From Bacteroidetes bacterium OLB10 (GTDB lineage Bacteria; Bacteroidota; Bacteroidia; AKYH767-A; OLB10): DNA of 64,000 bases. The stretch covers positions 64,056 to 128,055 of the forward strand of contig LNBX01000026.1 in the NCBI GenBank assembly GCA_001567275.1. The letters are read 5' to 3'. Every line of letters begins with the position of its first letter. Positions within the stretch are counted from its first letter, which is position 1. This document shows positions 11,673-21,775 of the stretch, piece by piece. Made by a program: the position numbers and the translations under genes. Below the pieces are notes generated by a model. That model had not been told where the DNA came from. It ran no database searches and saw only the letters and a list, made by a program, of their open reading frames with translations.

Positions 11673-12557
11673 ATGAAGTCTTTGCTAAAAAGCTTATATC
11701 ATCATCTTCCTTTCAAGAAACAGTTGTTTTCAGTCATCAGACCTTTGCATCTGCCTGAAAATATTTATCGTCATTTACATTTCAAAGGAGTAATTAATGT
11801 GAAAGTGGATGAACATTCATCATTCAAAACCATGCATTACGGCTATCAGGTAGAGAATGAAATTTTTTGGTCGGGACTGACAGGCAACTGGGAAAAAGAA
11901 TCCTTGAAATTGTGGATTACATTATGCCGTCACAGTAAATGCATTCTCGACATTGGCGCCAACACAGGAATATATTCACTAATTGCAAAATCAATAAACA
12001 GCAACAACACCATTGTAGCTATTGAACCTGTGACTCGTGTTTTTAAGAAACTGCAACATAACATGGCGTTAAATAATTATAATGTATTATGCCTTGATGT
12101 AGCCGCGTCAGACAAAGATGGGGAAGCTATTATTTATGATACGGATGATGAACATACATATTCAGTAACCGTAAACGAAGACAGGAGTTTACCGGGAGTG
12201 GTTACCAAGCCTGTAACCATCAAAACAGCTCGATTGGATACATTGATTGAAAAACACCATATTCCAAAAGTGGATTTGATGAAAATAGATGTAGAGACAC
12301 ATGAACCGCAGGTGCTCGAAGGTTATAAAAAATATTTAAAAGAACATCAGCCCACCATGCTGATAGAAATACTGAATGATGAAGTAGCACAACATGTGGA
12401 AAATATTCTGAACGAATGTACCTCAGGTTATATCTACTTCAACATTGATGAACGCGGAGGCATCCGCAAAACTGAACACCTTTCGCGTAGTGACTATTTT
12501 AATTTTCTGATTTGTAAAAAACCGGTTGCCGACATGCTGAAATTACCAATGGCATAA
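11673..12557 (+). CDS. FkbM family methyltransferase
   Basis: ILDIGANTGIYSL motif and length (294 aa) match the FkbM domain. Confidence 0.7.
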   Translation: MKSLLKSLYHHLPFKKQLFSVIRPLHLPENIYRHLHFKGVINVKVDEHSSFKTMHYGYQVENEIFWSGLTGNWEKESLKLWITLCRHSKCILDIGANTGIYSLIAKSINSNNTIVAIEPVTRVFKKLQHNMALNNYNVLCLDVAASDKDGEAIIYDTDDEHTYSVTVNEDRSLPGVVTKPVTIKTARLDTLIEKHHIPKVDLMKIDVETHEPQVLEGYKKYLKEHQPTMLIEILNDEVAQHVENILNECTSGYIYFNIDERGGIRKTEHLSRSDYFNFLICKKPVADMLKLPMA

Positions 12558-12674
12558 GATGAAATTGAATGGTTAAGTTAACCTTTAAAAATTAGCATTT
12601 CAACAAAATTATATTGGTAACTTTTTAATGAAGAAAACTGAATTCATTTTATATCACATATTTTTTTTCTTTTT

Positions 12675-13304
12675 TTGATTTTGAAATACTTAATAAAAAA
12701 CAAAATGATAAAACATCTCACATCCCTGCTGATAGTTGCAGCAATTGCCGGAACAGCATCGGCACAAAAAATCAAAATTCAGGAAGGAAGCCTGAAAGAC
12801 CTTAAAGACCAAACCAAGATGAATGTGGTTTACGATTACAGCGATATGCGTGTTGGAAAATTTGCCAAAGAAGAAGATTATATTGCTAAAAAAACTTCAG
12901 AATATAACGCCAAAGAACCCGGCCGCGGTGATGACTGGGCTAAGAAATGGCAAGGTGACCGTCAGAGTCGTTTTGAACCAAATTTTGTAGAACTGTTTAA
13001 TAAAAAATCAGATCTTCAGATTGGCAATTTTGCAGATGCAAAATATACCATGAAGGTGCACACTACATTTACTGAACCTGGATTTAATGTATATGTAACC
13101 CGTAAAAATGCTTCCATCAATCTGGAAGTTACAGTATATGAAACTGCCAATCCGGATAAACCAATTTGCAAAATTACAGGTATGGGATTCCCGGGACGTA
13201 CCTTTGGCGGATACGATTATGATACAGGAACTCGTATTTCAGAAGCGTATGCCAAAGCAGGAAAGGACCTGAGTGGGTTCTTTGCCAAAAACATGAAGAA
13301 GTAA
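12675..13304 (+). CDS. hypothetical secreted/periplasmic protein
   Basis: Signal peptide (…LLIVAAIAGTASAQ), then a soluble domain; 209 aa. An alternative start at the internal Met (12705) is possible. Confidence 0.5.
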   Translation: MILKYLIKNKMIKHLTSLLIVAAIAGTASAQKIKIQEGSLKDLKDQTKMNVVYDYSDMRVGKFAKEEDYIAKKTSEYNAKEPGRGDDWAKKWQGDRQSRFEPNFVELFNKKSDLQIGNFADAKYTMKVHTTFTEPGFNVYVTRKNASINLEVTVYETANPDKPICKITGMGFPGRTFGGYDYDTGTRISEAYAKAGKDLSGFFAKNMKK

Positions 13305-13320
13305 AAGCACTTAACAATGT

Positions 13321-13353
13321 AAAAAAGCTGCCTCAAAAGGGCAGCTTTTTTTA
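13321..13353. terminator. bidirectional rho-independent terminator
   Basis: AGCTGCC-TCAAAAG-GGCAGCT hairpin with A6 upstream and T8 downstream, between convergent genes. Confidence 0.65.
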
Positions 13354-13407
13354 TTCTTTTTCTCCTACTCATTAATTGAACTCCTTCAATCAATAGGTAA
13401 AAGCTCT

Positions 13408-13896
13408 TTAAATTTCTTTTTTAAGTTTTTCAATAACAGTCGCCACAGCAGGACATATCAGAGAATTGCGATAAGTCAAATCCATAATCTGATAAATGTT
13501 TTTACGGATAGTATGCGGATACTCTCGGCATGCCTGCGGCCTGATGGAATAGATAGAGCAGTGATTATCATCAAGCAGAAAAGGACATGGCGATTTTTTC
13601 AAAACATAATGTCCGTCCTCATCGAGATGCAGGTATTTTTCAACCAACTCTCCGGGTTTGATATGTAAATGTTGTGCAATACGACCAATATCCACATCGC
13701 GAAAAATAGGGCTGGTGGTTTTGCAACAATTGGCACAATCGAGACAACTGTGTTTTTCAAAAAAAACATTCGTTTCATGCTCAAACTTTTTGTCGAGAGA
13801 AGCGTTTTTCTGTTGTCCTGCTTTTTTCAGAAACAGTTTGTTTTCTTTTCGCTTACTTTGTGCTGTCGCAAGTATTTTCTTCAGTTCATCATTCAT
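13408..13896 (-). CDS. YkgJ family cysteine-cluster protein (UPF0153)
   Basis: Cys cluster CLDCANCC…CPFL…C…C; the internal Met (MNDELKK) is chosen as start. Confidence 0.6.
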   Translation of the reverse strand: MNDELKKILATAQSKRKENKLFLKKAGQQKNASLDKKFEHETNVFFEKHSCLDCANCCKTTSPIFRDVDIGRIAQHLHIKPGELVEKYLHLDEDGHYVLKKSPCPFLLDDNHCSIYSIRPQACREYPHTIRKNIYQIMDLTYRNSLICPAVATVIEKLKKEI

Positions 13897-13955
13897 CACG
13901 ACACAAAATAAATGAATATAACAATCAGCATTCGGCAGATTCAATTAAAAATAAT

Positions 13956-14339
13956 ATGAGTAAAAAAATTATTAATTCTAAAAATGCACCTGCTCCTATC
14001 GGACCTTACAGTCAGGCTGTGCAAACAGGTAATCTTCTTTTTGTTTCAGGGCAAATTGCTATTGACCCTTCAACCGGTCAGCTCAAAACTGCAAGTATTG
14101 AAGAACAAGCCAAACAGGTAATGGAAAACCTGAAAGCAGTGTTGGCCGAAGCAGGCTTAAATTTCTCACATATTATTAAAACAACCATCTTCCTTACTTC
14201 GATGAGCGATTTTGATGCAGTGAACAAGGTCTATGGGTCATATTTTACCGACAATTTTCCTGCCCGCGAAACTGTTGCTGTTGCCGGATTGCCAAAAAAT
14301 GTAAATGTGGAAATTTCGGTAATTGCGTCAGGAAACTGA
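13956..14339 (+). CDS. ridA: RidA family protein (reactive intermediate deaminase)
   Basis: PAPIGPYSQAV…LFVSGQ motif; start at ATG 13956 rather than the upstream extension. Confidence 0.85.
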   Translation: MSKKIINSKNAPAPIGPYSQAVQTGNLLFVSGQIAIDPSTGQLKTASIEEQAKQVMENLKAVLAEAGLNFSHIIKTTIFLTSMSDFDAVNKVYGSYFTDNFPARETVAVAGLPKNVNVEISVIASGN

Positions 14340-14391
14340 ATTTCATTTGAACACATTACGGATTGAATTAAAAATTTCGATGTTTCTTCTT

Positions 14392-14399
14392 TAAATTTG
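14392..14399 (+). promoter_or_regulatory. candidate -7 box TAAATTTG upstream of mscL
   Basis: TAnnTTTG match about 40 nt upstream of ATG 14439. Confidence 0.3.
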
Positions 14400-14438
14400 C
14401 CGCAATTAATTTTTATCTAACATTTAAATTAAACTGAT

Positions 14439-14867
14439 ATGGGATTTTTAAAAGAATTTAAAGATTTCGCAATGCGCGGTAATCTTGTTGATTTTGCTGT
14501 CGGTGTTATAGTTGGTGCTGCCTTTGGCAAAGTAACTTCATCATTTGTTGATGGTATTGTGATGCCGATTGTGGGTAAGATTGTGGGGGGAACCGATTTT
14601 TCCGAGATGAAATATAAAATTCAGGACGGCAGTAAAGAAGTGCTGGATGCTGCAGGAAATGTAGTCACCAAAGCAACTCCGGAAGTTTATATCAAGTACG
14701 GAGAATTTATTACCGTGTGTCTCGATTTTTTAATTGTTGCATTTGTTATGTTTCTTCTTATCAAAGCAATGAATAATCTCAAAAAAGCAGAACCTGCACC
14801 ACCACCTCCCGGTCCTACCAAAGACCAGGAACTTTTAGGTGAAATCAGAGACTTACTTAAAAAGTAA
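14439..14867 (+). CDS. mscL: large-conductance mechanosensitive channel
   Basis: N-terminus MGFLKEFKDFAMRGNLVDFAVGVIVGAAFGKV is diagnostic; 142 aa. Confidence 0.9.
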   Translation: MGFLKEFKDFAMRGNLVDFAVGVIVGAAFGKVTSSFVDGIVMPIVGKIVGGTDFSEMKYKIQDGSKEVLDAAGNVVTKATPEVYIKYGEFITVCLDFLIVAFVMFLLIKAMNNLKKAEPAPPPPGPTKDQELLGEIRDLLKK

Positions 14868-14939
14868 AATAATACAGGGGGGATTGCAAAACAATCCCTT
14901 CCTTTTTAACAGAAATAATCATTTAAATTTATTCGAAAT

Positions 14940-15848
14940 ATGAAACGTTTTTTTACAACGCTTGCTGTTGCAGCAATGGTGTTACCTTCATTAGCACAAA
15001 CTGAAACTCCTGTAGATACCTCATGGAAAAAAGGCGGAATAGGTTCTGTAAATTTTAATCAGGTTGCTTTCAGCAACTGGGCTGCCGGTGGCGAAAACTC
15101 AGTATCGGGTGCTGCATTCCTCACCATATTTGCCAATTATGCCAAAGACCGTATAGCTTGGGACAATCAGTTGGATTTGGCTTATGGTTTATTAAAATCA
15201 GGAAATTCCAAAGTAGTGAAGAGCGAAGATAAAATTGATCTCAACTCTAAGTTAGGATACAAAGTATCCAAGGAAAGTAAGTTCTATTATACCTTCCTGT
15301 TTAATTTTAAGAGTCAGTTTGCAAATGGTTACGATTACAAAAATGACACCTTGCGCGAACATCCTATTTCAAGATTTCTTGCTCCTGCCTATCTGTTGTA
15401 TTCCATAGGAGTGGATTATAAACCAAACGACAATTTCAGTTTGTACCTCTCGCCACTCACAGGTCGCACCATTATTGTTAATGATGATGATTTATCGCAG
15501 GCCGGTGCTTTTGGTGTTGATCCCGGTAAAAAATCACTTACACAATTAGGGGCTTACCTCAGAGCCATGTATAAGAAAGATGTGTTTACCAATGTAAACT
15601 TCCAGACAAAACTGGAACTCTTCAGCAATTACTTAGAAAATCCTCAGAACATAGCAGTTAATCATGAAATACTTATTGCCATGAAGGTAAATAAATACCT
15701 TACTGCCAATATAGGTACCCAAATGATTTATGATGACATTATTCCCGTAACCGTAATTAAAGAAACCAGTGGTGTAAAAGAAGTTAAATCAGGTCCAAGA
15801 CTTCAGTTTAAAGAAGTTTTTGGAATAGGTTTATCGTATAAATTTTAA
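14940..15848 (+). CDS. DUF3078-like outer-membrane beta-barrel protein
   Basis: Signal peptide plus WKKGGIGSVNFNQVAFSNWAAGGENS, the motif typical of Bacteroidota DUF3078; 302 aa. Confidence 0.55.
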   Translation: MKRFFTTLAVAAMVLPSLAQTETPVDTSWKKGGIGSVNFNQVAFSNWAAGGENSVSGAAFLTIFANYAKDRIAWDNQLDLAYGLLKSGNSKVVKSEDKIDLNSKLGYKVSKESKFYYTFLFNFKSQFANGYDYKNDTLREHPISRFLAPAYLLYSIGVDYKPNDNFSLYLSPLTGRTIIVNDDDLSQAGAFGVDPGKKSLTQLGAYLRAMYKKDVFTNVNFQTKLELFSNYLENPQNIAVNHEILIAMKVNKYLTANIGTQMIYDDIIPVTVIKETSGVKEVKSGPRLQFKEVFGIGLSYKF

Positions 15849-15959
15849 GTTTACACACTGAATATCAACACAATAAAAAGCCATTTCCCTTGCAGAACCG
15901 GTTTTTTAGTTAAAATTAAAAAAGCTTATCTTTCAGTGCGTTTCGTATAAAATAAATTG

Positions 15960-15967
15960 TATCTTTG
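15960..15967 (+). promoter_or_regulatory. candidate -7 box TATCTTTG upstream of rpsO
   Basis: TAnnTTTG match 32 nt upstream of ATG 16000. Confidence 0.35.
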
Positions 15968-15999
15968 CACACTTTATTTTTTAAAAGACAAGAAATACA

Positions 16000-16269
16000 A
16001 TGATATTGACATCAGAAAAGAAAAAGGAAATTTTCACAAAATTTGGTGGTAACGAAAAAAATACCGGTAATGCTGAAGCACAGATTGCTATGTTTACAGA
16101 TCGTATCAATCATCTGACCAATCACCTGAAAAGTCAGCCGAAAGATTACTCTACTCAGCAATCACTTATCAGACTTGTTGGTAAACGCAGAAGTTTGCTC
16201 GACTATTTAAACAAGACCGACATACAACGTTACCGTAAAATAGTAGCTGATTTAGGCTTAAGGAAATAA
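16000..16269 (+). CDS. rpsO: 30S ribosomal protein S15
   Basis: 89 aa; conserved LTNHLK…RLVGKRR…LDYL. Confidence 0.95.
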   Translation: MILTSEKKKEIFTKFGGNEKNTGNAEAQIAMFTDRINHLTNHLKSQPKDYSTQQSLIRLVGKRRSLLDYLNKTDIQRYRKIVADLGLRK

Positions 16270-16293
16270 TTAAATTGAATAATACAACACATC

Positions 16294-16330
16294 AAAAAGG
16301 CAATGTTAAAAGATTGCCTTTTTGTTTTTA
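16294..16330 (+). terminator. rpsO-pnp intercistronic hairpin / attenuating terminator
   Basis: AAGGCAAT / ATTGCCTT 8-bp stem followed by a T-run, lying between rpsO and pnp. Confidence 0.5.
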
Positions 16331-16346
16331 AACACGTTTATAGAAG

Positions 16347-18551
16347 ATGAATTTAGGAGTAAAACACACTTTTTCTTTGCCTGACGGCAGAGAAATTACC
16401 ATGGAAACAGGAAAATTAGCTAAACAGGCAGATGGCTCTGTGATGATTAGAATGGGCGATTGCATGATATTGGCAACAGCTTGTGCCAAGCAGGATGCTA
16501 TGCCGGGAGTTGACTTTATGCCACTGACTGTAGATTATCAGGAAAAATATGCCTCTGTAGGTCGTTTTCCGGGAGGCTTTTTTAAACGCGAAGCACGTCC
16601 TTCGGAATATGAAATTCTAATCAGCCGTTTGATAGACCGTGCACTTCGCCCTATGTTTCCTGAAAACTTTCATGCGGACACTCAGGTACTGGTTACACTT
16701 CACTCAGGAGATAAAAAAATATTACCCGATGCACTTGCTGCATTAGCTGCATCCACTGCACTAACCATCAGCGACATTCCTTTCAACGGACCTATTTCAG
16801 AAGTGCGTGTAGCACAGATTGACGGAAAGATGGTCATCAACCCTTACACCGAAGACTTATCACGTGCAACATTGGATTTGATTGTTGCAGGTTCAGCAGA
16901 AAATATTGTGATGGTGGAAGGCGAAATGAATGAAGTGTCAGAAGCAACCATGCTCGAAGCAATTCGCACTGCACACGAGGCCATAAAAATTCAGTGTCAG
17001 GCACAACTTGACTTATTGGCTAAAATCGGAGGCAAAACAAAACGCGAATACAATCACGAAGAACACGATGAGGAACTTCGTAAACTCGTAAGAGACGAAA
17101 CTTTCAAAAAAGTATATGAAACTGCATTGCTTGGCAATCCAAACAAAAGCGAACGCCAAAAAGCATTTGAAGCCATATTGGAAGAGTTTAATACGCGATT
17201 TACAGAAGAAGAACTCGAAGAAAAGATTGCTCTCATTAAACATTACTATCACGAAGTGGAGTATGATGCAGTACGCGAAGCTTTATTGTCAGAGAAAAAA
17301 CGTCTTGATGGCCGTGGACTTACAGACATACGCCCCATCTGGAGCGAAGTAAATTACATCCCCACTGCACATGGTTCTTCAATTTTTACCAGAGGAGAAA
17401 CTCAATCTCTTACCACTGTAACCTTAGGTGGAAAAATGGAAGAGCAGATTATTGACGGTGCAATGATTGAAGGAACTAAAAAGTTTCTTTTACATTACAA
17501 CTTCCCTCCTTTCTCTACAGGTGAAGTGCGTCCCATGCGTGGAACCGGCAGACGCGAAGTAGGGCATGGAAATCTGGCCTTACGTGCACTTACCAAAGCA
17601 CTACCTCCTGAATCAGAAAACCCATATACCATCCGTGTTGTGTCAGATATTCTCGAGTCCAATGGCTCAAGTTCTATGGCTACAGTATGCGCAGGAAGTC
17701 TGGCTTTGATGGATGCAGGAATAAAAATGAAATCAACAGTTGCAGGAATTGCTATGGGACTTATCAGTGATGGTAAAGGACGTTTTGCTATCCTGAGCGA
17801 TATATTGGGAGATGAAGATCACCTGGGTGATATGGACTTTAAAGTAGCAGGAACTGCCAAAGGAATCACAGCCACACAAATGGACCTTAAGGTAACAGGA
17901 TTGCCTTATGAAGTGATGGCACAGGCATTAGAGCAGGCACGCCAGGGACGTATGCACATCATTGGCGAAATGGAAAAAACAATTACTCAGGCACGTGCTG
18001 ACTACAAACCACATGCTCCGCGCATTGTTGAGTTCACCATTGAAGTAGATCAGATTGGTGCTGTGATTGGACCCGGTGGAAAAATCATTCAGGAAATTCA
18101 GCGCGAGAGTGGAGCTACCATCACCATTGAAGAAAAAGACAACAAAGGATATGTGCAGATTGCTGCCGTTGGCAAAGAAAGTCTGGACAAAGCTCTTGAA
18201 CGTGTAAAAGCAATTGTAGCAGTGCCTGAAGTAGGAACAGTTTACAAAGGCAAAGTAAAAAACATCACCACCTTTGGAGCATTCGTTGAAATTTTACCCG
18301 GTAAAGACGGACTTCTGCACATTTCAGAAATCAGTCATGAGCGATTAGCCACCATGGATGGTGTGTTCAAAGAAGGTGATTTGGTGGAAGTGAAACTGAT
18401 TGGCGTTGAAGAAAAATCAGGTAAGCTTAAATTGTCGAGAAAAGTATTGCTGCCTAAACCGGAAAGACCGGCAGGGGAAGGCAACAAACCTCATGAAAGC
18501 AAACATCGCGAACGCAGATTACCGAAAGAAAATCAGAATACGGAATCATAA
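16347..18551 (+). CDS. pnp: polyribonucleotide nucleotidyltransferase (PNPase)
   Basis: 734 aa; two RNase PH domains plus KH and S1 domains; the classical rpsO-pnp arrangement. Confidence 0.95.
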   Translation: MNLGVKHTFSLPDGREITMETGKLAKQADGSVMIRMGDCMILATACAKQDAMPGVDFMPLTVDYQEKYASVGRFPGGFFKREARPSEYEILISRLIDRALRPMFPENFHADTQVLVTLHSGDKKILPDALAALAASTALTISDIPFNGPISEVRVAQIDGKMVINPYTEDLSRATLDLIVAGSAENIVMVEGEMNEVSEATMLEAIRTAHEAIKIQCQAQLDLLAKIGGKTKREYNHEEHDEELRKLVRDETFKKVYETALLGNPNKSERQKAFEAILEEFNTRFTEEELEEKIALIKHYYHEVEYDAVREALLSEKKRLDGRGLTDIRPIWSEVNYIPTAHGSSIFTRGETQSLTTVTLGGKMEEQIIDGAMIEGTKKFLLHYNFPPFSTGEVRPMRGTGRREVGHGNLALRALTKALPPESENPYTIRVVSDILESNGSSSMATVCAGSLALMDAGIKMKSTVAGIAMGLISDGKGRFAILSDILGDEDHLGDMDFKVAGTAKGITATQMDLKVTGLPYEVMAQALEQARQGRMHIIGEMEKTITQARADYKPHAPRIVEFTIEVDQIGAVIGPGGKIIQEIQRESGATITIEEKDNKGYVQIAAVGKESLDKALERVKAIVAVPEVGTVYKGKVKNITTFGAFVEILPGKDGLLHISEISHERLATMDGVFKEGDLVEVKLIGVEEKSGKLKLSRKVLLPKPERPAGEGNKPHESKHRERRLPKENQNTES

Positions 18552-18570
18552 AAAAAGCTGCTCTTTGAGC
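18541..18570. terminator. rho-independent terminator, bidirectional (pnp and the convergent thioredoxin-like gene)
   Basis: AGCTGCTC/GAGCAGCT stem flanked by an A-run upstream and a T-run downstream. Confidence 0.6.
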
Positions 18571-18592
18571 AGCTTTTTTATTTCAACAACCA

Positions 18593-19153
18593 TTAATTCT
18601 TAAGCAACTCCCCTATCTCCCGCTGAATTTCAGTACCCTTATTTTCGTTATACCAGCTCTGAATTTCCAGCTTAATGGTGCTGTTTTCAACACCTTTTTC
18701 TTTTAACTTCAAATACATTTTCTGACAGGCAGCAGGACGTGGTCCCCAAACGGCTAAATCTACCCCTTCACTGTTTCTAACAATTAGTTTTGGAATTGAC
18801 TTTGTGTTATTGGTCAGATAGTCATTAATTCTGAAAGGCTCGCTGTCGCGCAACTCATACGAAACAGATACGTTAGCACTTTGCCTGCTAATCATTTCAA
18901 TAAATGGCACAATATGAGCTGCATCACCACACCAGGGCTCAGTAATTACAATCCATTGCTGCTGTTCATGAATGTTTTTCATAACAGCAATTATCTCATC
19001 AGTGAGTTTACCGGTTTTAAGCCACCTGTTTAACCGCGACCAGTTCAGTTTGGTGTATTCGGCATATTCTGCATCGTCATAAGGGGAAGTTCGTTCGGAG
19101 GGGTGTTGGTTTATTAGTTTTTCGAAGTAATCAAGGTACTCTTTAAATGTCAT
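18593..19153 (-). CDS. thioredoxin-like family protein
   Basis: WCGD active-site-like motif (EPWCGDAAHIVPF); 186 aa. Confidence 0.55.
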   Translation of the reverse strand: MTFKEYLDYFEKLINQHPSERTSPYDDAEYAEYTKLNWSRLNRWLKTGKLTDEIIAVMKNIHEQQQWIVITEPWCGDAAHIVPFIEMISRQSANVSVSYELRDSEPFRINDYLTNNTKSIPKLIVRNSEGVDLAVWGPRPAACQKMYLKLKEKGVENSTIKLEIQSWYNENKGTEIQREIGELLKN

Positions 19154-19328
19154 ATCGCTGAAAAATGGTTAATGACGCAAAATTACCGTTATGATTTTCA
19201 TCCCCTGCTCCAAAATGTGACAATAACGGGTGAATGGCGTTGATATTTACAATTTGCAGATATTTCAATAGAGTTTTGACTGAAGTCTTATACTGAACCA
19301 CTTTTAAACAAGAAAAATTATTCAGGAC

Positions 19329-19362
19329 TTTGCCATGAATTTAAATAGTTTTTTTACATTTG
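19329..19362 (+). promoter_or_regulatory. candidate Bacteroidota sigma-A promoter (TTTG … TACATTTG) for tRNA-Glu
   Basis: TTTG at 19329-19332 and a TAnnTTTG box at 19355-19362, 17 nt upstream of the tRNA 5' end. Confidence 0.4.
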
Positions 19363-19379
19363 CAGCCTCAAAAAATTAT

Positions 19380-19451
19380 GGCCCGTTCGTCTAGGGGTTA
19401 GGACATCTCCCTTTCACGGAGGAAACACGAGTTCGATTCTCGTACGGGCTA
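19380..19451 (+). tRNA. tRNA-Glu (anticodon UUC)
   Basis: Manual cloverleaf: acceptor stem GGCCCGT/ACGGGCU (first pair G-U), D-loop AGGGGTTA, anticodon loop CTTTCAC, T-loop TTCGATT. Confidence 0.8.
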
Positions 19452-19505
19452 CTAAAAAAAGAAGCAGGTTAATAACTGTAATTAAAAAAATTAAATCAGA
19501 AAGAT

Positions 19506-19760
19506 ATGGCAAATCATAAGTCAGCCGAAAAACGTATCCGCTCAAACGGAGCTAAGAAAACCAGAAACCGTTATCAGGCTAAAACAACACGTAATGTTCT
19601 GAAAGATATTCGCACTACAAAAGATAAAAAAGAAGCTGAGAAAATGCTTCCTGAAGTAAATGCCATGCTTGATAAAATGGCTAAGAAAAATATCATTCAC
19701 AAAAACAAAGCTGCCAACCTTAAATCAAGTGTGGCAAAACACGTGAATACATTAAAATAA
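19506..19760 (+). CDS. rpsT: 30S ribosomal protein S20
   Basis: MANHKSAEKRIR… N-terminus; 84 aa. Confidence 0.9.
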   Translation: MANHKSAEKRIRSNGAKKTRNRYQAKTTRNVLKDIRTTKDKKEAEKMLPEVNAMLDKMAKKNIIHKNKAANLKSSVAKHVNTLK

Positions 19761-19780
19761 GTTTTCATTAAATATTATGG

Positions 19781-19809
19781 AAGCCTGCCTGCATAGGTGG
19801 GCTTTTTTA
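19781..19809 (+). terminator. probable rho-independent terminator after rpsT
   Basis: GC-rich imperfect hairpin (AGCCTGCC…GGTGGGCT) followed by T6. Confidence 0.4.
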
Positions 19810-19837
19810 TTTAGTAACCTACTGCTATTTTTACATA

Positions 19838-20533
19838 ATGGAAAAAGAACCCGGAAACACAATAAAATCATGGTCGGAAAGTGACAGACCACGCGAAAAA
19901 CTCGAAGAAAAAGGCCAAGGCTCACTTACCGACAGCGAGCTACTCGCCATTCTGTTACGCTCCGGCAGCCGCGAAGAATCAGCTGTTGACCTTGCCAAAC
20001 GAATTTTAAAGAATGTAGGCAACGACCTCACATCCTTATCTCGCTTATCAGTAAAAGATTTGGCAAAGTATAAAGGCATCGGAAAAGTTAAAGCCATTAC
20101 CATAGTGGCTGCACTCGAACTTGGACGAAGACGTGCTATTGCCCATGTTCTTGAAAAGAAGAAAATATCTTCGAGCAAAGATGCGGTGGAGTTGTTTGCC
20201 GGACATCTTTCAGATCTGACTCACGAAGAATTCTGGATTCTGATGCTAGACCGCTCCAATAAGATCATTGAGCGCCAGAACATCAGCAAAGGTGGTGTAT
20301 CGGGAACTGTGGTTGATGCACGGCTGATATTTAAAAGCGCTATTGAAAATCTCGCATCAGGAATAATTTTATGTCATAATCATCCCAGTGGCAACAACAA
20401 ACCCAGTCAGAATGATATTGACCTGACACGTAAATTGAACGATGCAGGTAAGTTGGTTGATGTAAAAGTTATTGACCATATCATCATCTCAGGAAGTACC
20501 TATTACAGTTTTGCAGACGAAGGCATGTTGTAA
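19838..20533 (+). CDS. radC: RadC family JAB-domain protein
   Basis: HNHPSG JAMM motif and HhH N-terminal region; 231 aa. Confidence 0.85.
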   Translation: MEKEPGNTIKSWSESDRPREKLEEKGQGSLTDSELLAILLRSGSREESAVDLAKRILKNVGNDLTSLSRLSVKDLAKYKGIGKVKAITIVAALELGRRRAIAHVLEKKKISSSKDAVELFAGHLSDLTHEEFWILMLDRSNKIIERQNISKGGVSGTVVDARLIFKSAIENLASGIILCHNHPSGNNKPSQNDIDLTRKLNDAGKLVDVKVIDHIIISGSTYYSFADEGML

Positions 20534-20582
20534 TTTTATCAACACCGCTTCATAAAGGAGAAAAACCTTTCTGTTTAAATGG

Positions 20583-20590
20583 TATCTTTG
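20583..20590 (+). promoter_or_regulatory. candidate -7 box TATCTTTG upstream of carA
   Basis: Matches the Bacteroidota TAnnTTTG consensus, 15 nt upstream of the ATG. Confidence 0.3.
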
Positions 20591-20605
20591 TAAAACTTTT
20601 TTTTA

Positions 20606-21730
20606 ATGAAGTACGCTCATAAATCTCCCGCCATTCTTTTACTTCAGGACGGAACCGTCTTTTATGGTAAGTCTGCAGGAAAAATAGGTACTGCCACCGG
20701 AGAAATTTGTTTCAACACCGGAATGACAGGATATCAGGAAATTTTTACCGATCCCAGTTACAAATCACAGATAATGGTGATGACGGCTGTGCATATTGGA
20801 AATTATGGCGTTAAGAACGCTGAATCAGAATCGGGCACGGTTAAGATTTCAGGTTTAGTATGCAGGAATTTCAGTGAGCATTTTTCACGTAAGCAAGCTG
20901 ATCAAAGTCTGCAGGATTATTTTGTAGAGAACAATATGGTGGTGATTTCTGATGTTGACACAAGAGCAATTGTTCAGCATATACGCAACAAAGGCGCCAT
21001 GAATGCCATCATTTCTTCCGAAATTTCTGACATTGAACAATTGAAGAAACAGTTGAGTAAAGTTCCTTCTATGGAAGGCCTTGAATTGTCAAGCAGCGTT
21101 TCCACCAAACAACCCTATACCTATGGCAATCCTGATGCCGGCCTGCGTGTGGCAGTATTAGATGTTGGAGTGAAAGAAAATACTTTACGTTGCCTTGCCG
21201 ACCGTAACTGTTATGTGAAGGTATTTCCAATGTCGGCCACATTTGAAGAAATGGAAAAATTTAAACCGCAGGGTTATCTTATTTCAAATGGTCCCGGAGA
21301 TCCTGCTGTCATGCCGCAGACAGTTTCGCTTATAAGTCAGATACTAAATTCAGACAAAGCACTGATGGGCATTTGTCTCGGACATCAGATGCTTGCCGAA
21401 GCCTGTGGCATCAAAACTTTTAAAATGTTTAATGGTCACCGTGGTATCAACCATCCGGTAAAAAATATTTTCACAGGTAAGGCCGAAGTAACATCACAGA
21501 ATCATGGCTTTGGTGTAGTGGCTGACGATGTAAATAAAAATTCACAGGTAGAAGTTACACACGTAAACCTTAACGACAACAGTATTGAAGGCATTCGTGT
21601 AAAAAACAAAAGAGCATTTTCAGTACAATACCATCCTGAAGCAGCACCGGGTCCTAATGATGCACGCTATCTCTTTGACGATTTTGTAAAATCCGTTCAG
21701 GAGGTAAAAGAACTCGTTGCAGTTAGCTGA
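20606..21730 (+). CDS. carA: carbamoyl-phosphate synthase small (glutaminase) subunit
   Basis: CPSase small-chain N-domain plus class I glutamine amidotransferase domain (GICLGHQ); 374 aa. Confidence 0.9.
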   Translation: MKYAHKSPAILLLQDGTVFYGKSAGKIGTATGEICFNTGMTGYQEIFTDPSYKSQIMVMTAVHIGNYGVKNAESESGTVKISGLVCRNFSEHFSRKQADQSLQDYFVENNMVVISDVDTRAIVQHIRNKGAMNAIISSEISDIEQLKKQLSKVPSMEGLELSSSVSTKQPYTYGNPDAGLRVAVLDVGVKENTLRCLADRNCYVKVFPMSATFEEMEKFKPQGYLISNGPGDPAVMPQTVSLISQILNSDKALMGICLGHQMLAEACGIKTFKMFNGHRGINHPVKNIFTGKAEVTSQNHGFGVVADDVNKNSQVEVTHVNLNDNSIEGIRVKNKRAFSVQYHPEAAPGPNDARYLFDDFVKSVQEVKELVAVS

Positions 21731-21775
21731 CAACTTCTTTACTTCAGCTTAAAATCAATTCAATCTCTGTATTCC

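Noticed and set aside
21731-21775. Terminator between convergent carA and sprA
   Set aside because: Only 45 bp with no stem-loop or T-run could be found, so no feature was called.
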